Source: Ginglymostoma cirratum
Lineage: Eukaryota
Direction of reading: 5' to 3'
Length of the DNA stretch: 64,000 nt
NCBI GenBank assembly: GCA_024137785.1
Contig: JAHRHZ010000139.1
Coordinates: forward strand, 44,116,861-44,180,860
Part shown: piece after piece, positions 61,850-64,000 of the stretch
How positions within the stretch are numbered: the first letter of the stretch is position 1
How the letters are laid out: each line of letters opens with the position of its first letter
Notes under the pieces: model-generated
Seen by the model: the letters and a program-made list of their open reading frames with translations, nothing else
Database searches by the model: none
What the model was told of the DNA's origin: nothing
Program-made: the position numbers and the translations under genes

Positions 61850-63615
61850 CCTGGGTTTCTCAGCTATCAGCAGTCATCATCATGCCTCCTGAACCCTACT
61901 GAGTTGAGATCAATTCCAGTACTTAAAAGAGACACTGCAAAGATATCCCTGATGTGTTCAATGCTTTCTATGCTCGGTTCGAGCAGAATGCCATCAGTGC
62001 AACGTGAACTTACCCAACAGCCCCGGATGCACTGCTGCCCAAAATCAGCACTGCAGATGTCAGGTTGGTCTTCCTGGGGATCAACCGAAGGAAAGCAACA
62101 GGCCCGTACGGAGTCCCCAGACAAGCACTTAGACCCTATGCAGGCCAACTGGCGCAGGTATTCACTGACATCTTCAATCTCTCCCTCCTACAGGCCAAAG
62201 TCCCTACCTGCTTCTAGAAGACCACCATCATCCCTGTACCTAAGAAAGCACATGAAATGTGCATTAATGATTACTGCCCAATGGCTCTGACCTCCATAAT
62301 CATGGAGTGCTTTGAGAGGCTGGTCATGGCCCACATCAAATCCAGTCTCCCAACCTGCCTCAATTCCCTACAATTTGCCTACTGACATAACAGGTCCACA
62401 TCCCTAGCCCTGCACTCATCCCTGGAGCATCTGGACAACAAAGACATCTGCTCATCAACTACAGCTCCACCTTCAACACCATTATCTCCCTCCAAACTGA
62501 TCTCAAAACTCCGAGACCTTGGTCTGCCCTCCAGAACTGGATCCTCAGCTTTCTGACACACAGACTGCAATCAGTGAAGATAGACAACTGCACCTCCTCC
62601 ACGATAAGACTGAACACTGGAGCCCTCCCCCCCACAAAGGATGTGTCCTCAGCCCCCTACTGTACTCCCTGTACATCCACGACTGTGTTGCCAAATTCTG
62701 AATGAGCGCCATCTATAAGTTTGCTGACGACACTACCATGGTAGGATGGATATCTGACAATGACAAGTCAGGATATAGAAAGAAGATAGAGGGCTTGGTG
62801 ACGTGGTGCAATGAGAAGAACCTCTCTCTCAACATTGGATAAACTAAAGAACTGATCATTGACTTCAGAAAGAAATGAGAAGAACACACGCCCATCTACA
62901 TCAATGGAGCTGAGGTTGAGCGGGTAGAGAGCTCCAAGTTCCGAGGAGTGACAACAAGTGACAACCTGTCCTGGAGTTCCCAAATAGATGAGATGGTCAA
63001 GGAGGCACAACAACGTCTCTTCTTCCTCAGGTGGCTCAGGAAATTTGGCATGTCCATAAGGTCCCTCACCAACATCTACAGATGCACCACTGAAAGCATA
63101 CTGTCAGACTACTACTGAAGGCACATAATGGCCTGGTATGGCACCTACTCTGCCCTGGACCGTAGGAAACTACAGAAGGTTGTGTGCACAGCCCAGACCA
63201 TCACGGAAGCCAACCTTCCATCCATGGACTCTATTTACATGGCTCGTTGCCGCAGACAGGCTGCCAACATCATCAAAGACCCCTCTCACCACGGTAATGC
63301 TCTCCTACAACCTCTTCTGTCAGGCAGAAGATGAAGAAGCTTGAACACGTGTACCAGCAGGTTCAGGAACAGCTTCTTCCTGACCATTATTAGACTAAAT
63401 GAATGGACTCTCTAACTTCAAATAATACTGATCTTGCTAATGATGATCTTGCCTAGTACACGCCCTGTGCGATGTAACCTGTTTGACTTTGACTAAGCTG
63501 TTTTTCATTCTATGATCTGTATGTCCTTGTTTACCATGATCAGTCTAATGCTTATAAACAATGCTTTTCACTGTACTTAGGTACACATGACAATAAATAA
63601 ATCAAGTCAAATCAG
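61850..63615 (+). mobile_element. Rex1/Babar-clade LINE, 5'-truncated, disrupted RT
   Basis: [80 protein letters not shown]. Tail CTTTTCACTGTACTTAGGTACACATGACAATAAA(TAAA/TCAA)n. Confidence 0.92.
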
Positions 63616-64000
63616 TTTACAGAATTGTAGATGTGCTATAATGCAGTCGACAGCCATTCTGCCCATCATGTCTATACTAATCGACACACAACCTTGAGAT
63701 GGTAAAGCAAAAGAATGAACTATTGTGATGACAACATCTGCACCTCATGTCAGACATCTTCCTCGATGCTGGGGCCTGTATGAGCCCACAAGGAGACTGT
63801 GTTCCCTAAATTGTAACAAAGGAGCTTCTCAGTGAAAGATTCCTGGAGAGCCAATGAAAGAATATGCTGCATCTTCTCACAAATGCTGGCCAGATCTTCT
63901 GTTATGATGATGCCAGTGTATAATAGGTCACTGGAGGGTGGAAGTACCACCTGCCAGAGCCCAGCAGTTCTTGCAATGAGCAGCAATATGGTTCACTGTA

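Overview
This is eukaryotic, repeat-dominated DNA with no host protein-coding gene I can recognise. The repeat content (V-domain HE1-type SINEs, a Deu-type SINE, CR1 with an esterase ORF1, Penelope-like elements, Rex1/Babar, RTE, L2, Harbinger remnants, solo LTRs) points to a cartilaginous fish, probably a shark; that assignment is inferred. Two N-gaps lie at 26303-26402 and 26737-27136. The largest elements are a nearly full-length decayed CR1 LINE (10.8-14.8 kb, minus), a 5'-truncated Penelope-like element (20.5-22.5 kb, plus) and a Rex1/Babar LINE (61.9-63.6 kb, plus). The most notable pattern is more than 15 short Penelope-derived terminal units, most carrying a minimal hammerhead ribozyme motif (CUGANGA-stem II-GAAAC-GUH). 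Several are 100-240 bp inserts with their own 12-15 bp target-site duplications (TSDs), and several are head-to-head palindromes; one spans both assembly gaps. Family names come from motif recognition, not database searches, and most boundaries are approximate.
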